From NCBI GenBank assembly GCA_032718475.1, contig JAUCBJ010008203.1:1-39921 (forward strand): DNA of 39,921 nt, given 5' to 3'. This stretch comes from Nemertoderma westbladi. Taxonomy: Eukaryota; Animalia; Xenacoelomorpha. Both the position numbers and the translations under genes were made by a program. Below, one piece after another: positions 38,618 through 39,921 of this stretch; positions within the stretch are counted from its first letter, which is position 1; every line of letters begins with the position of its first letter. Under the pieces are notes generated by a model that did not search any database, was not told the origin of the DNA, and saw nothing but the letters and a program-made list of their open reading frames with translations.

Positions 38618-39323
38618 ATTCATGGAATATAAATTAATGGATATCATTTATGATAGAGTTAGCATGATAGAGAGGAATTACCTGAATCATCGCTATCCAC
38701 AGACATTTTAAAAAGTCTAATCGGTCTAATCGAACGCATCAAAACATGCCCAAAAACTCATCTACAGACCATAACGAGGACTTTACTGGCAATAAATACA
38801 GAACGCGACGGCCTTGGGTGTAGTGGAGCTCTTCAAAAAGCCCGCAACTCTTTCAACCTTCCCTCGATGTTCTCCTTACTAACCTATAACTACAACGTAC
38901 CCGATCTGTTATGGCGTCTACATGAAGGGTTCCCAACCCTTAAGGATAGAGCAACCTCGGAATTTATTACAGAATGTTTCAGTAGAAACATACTAAACTT
39001 GAAATCAAAGGGGGGTGTGCGGAGACCCCCCCCCCCCCCCCCCGGACACTTCCCCGGACACTGTCTGGGGGGGAAGTATCCTAGATCCCAAAGCGGGAAC
39101 TCACACAATCGCATTTATGGGGGTCAATCCAGTGTGGGATACAGCTTACGACTGATAGCATAGCATACTATAACCTACATAATGACTCTGTACGGTCTTA
39201 CTTTAACTTGATAATTTATTTGCCTCAACTTTTATTTAACTGACAATTTTACTTTCCAAGGTCTTTTCTTATTGTGCAGTGCACGTATCGTGCGAAATGC
39301 ATTTATCGTTTTTATCGTTAAAC

Positions 39324-39465
<142 letters not shown>

Positions 39466-39497
39466 CATGTTGATATCAAATAAGTAGATAGCGGGAC

Positions 39498-39921
39498 AAT
39501 GAATGGTGAATGTAATGCAAAAAATATTTAATTTTCACAATATTTCAACTCCCCTTGCGGGAGCCTTCCTCAGGTGAGGAGTTTAATCAACTACTGTATA
39601 TTAAGGAGAAAACCCTCAACTACCGGAATAATTGCGGTTATAATGTACAATATACAATTCAAATTTCCCGCCTACCCAAAGCAAGCTAATTCCAATAATA
39701 CTGCAAGGCAATCGAACAGGTCCAAACTATATAGAAAAAACGGATGAACTGTAGATAATTGTAGATAATTAATAAATGTCGAATAAACCCGCCTAGCAAG
39801 AACCCTACACCAAATTTACCAAATAGGGAACAAATTGGTAAATAATAAAATATGTATAATACGACAAAAATAATGTAATGTAAAATAATGTATAATTTTT
39901 GCATTACATTCACCATTCATT
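39498..39921. mobile_element. Penelope-like retroelement pLTR fragment with inverted terminal segment (truncated by window edge)
   Basis: 26-bp perfect inverted repeat (39498-39523 / 39896-39921) enclosing the hammerhead motif. Confidence 0.55.
39535..39577 (-). ncRNA. Minimal type I hammerhead ribozyme motif, Penelope-like element type
   Basis: Minus strand: UCAC-CUGAGGA-A-GGCUCCC(GCAAG)GGGAGUU-GAAA-UAUU-GUGA. It shows the conserved core, a 7-bp stem II, a palindromic AAUAUU helix III and a 4-bp stem I. Confidence 0.7.

Noticed and set aside
37382-38711. 377-434-aa ORFs through the 36-mer
   Set aside because: Open in four frames on both strands simply because the unit is a multiple of 3 with few stops. 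No domain or other gene evidence.
38867-39163. 98-aa ORF
   Set aside because: Runs through poly-C/G tracts with no recognisable motif.

Overview
AT-rich eukaryotic (most likely marine invertebrate, by inference) repeat-rich DNA with no host gene that I can support. About 43% of the window is six unrelated minisatellite arrays, with units of 26, 25, 24, 18, 16 and 36 bp. These arrays generate most of the long, spurious ORFs in the track. The clearest element is a young but disabled full-length Ty3/Gypsy retrotransposon of the CsRn1 clade (32285-36695, minus strand). It has two ~290-bp LTRs, an ATGG target-site duplication, a tRNA-Trp-type PBS, a PPT, a CHCC gag knuckle and a candidate -1 frameshift signal. 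A second, older Mag-like Gypsy pol remnant (7441-9379) has a permuted domain order. The window also holds several fold-back/MITE-like palindromes, a tRNA-derived SINE head, probable LINE 3' tails, a possible solo LTR and a Crypton-like non-autonomous element. At the right edge is a minimal Penelope-type hammerhead ribozyme inside an inverted-repeat module. I see no prokaryotic-type system and no CRISPR array. The most interesting items are RNA-structural (ribozyme, frameshift stem-loop) and architectural (permuted Gypsy remnant, satellite cluster).
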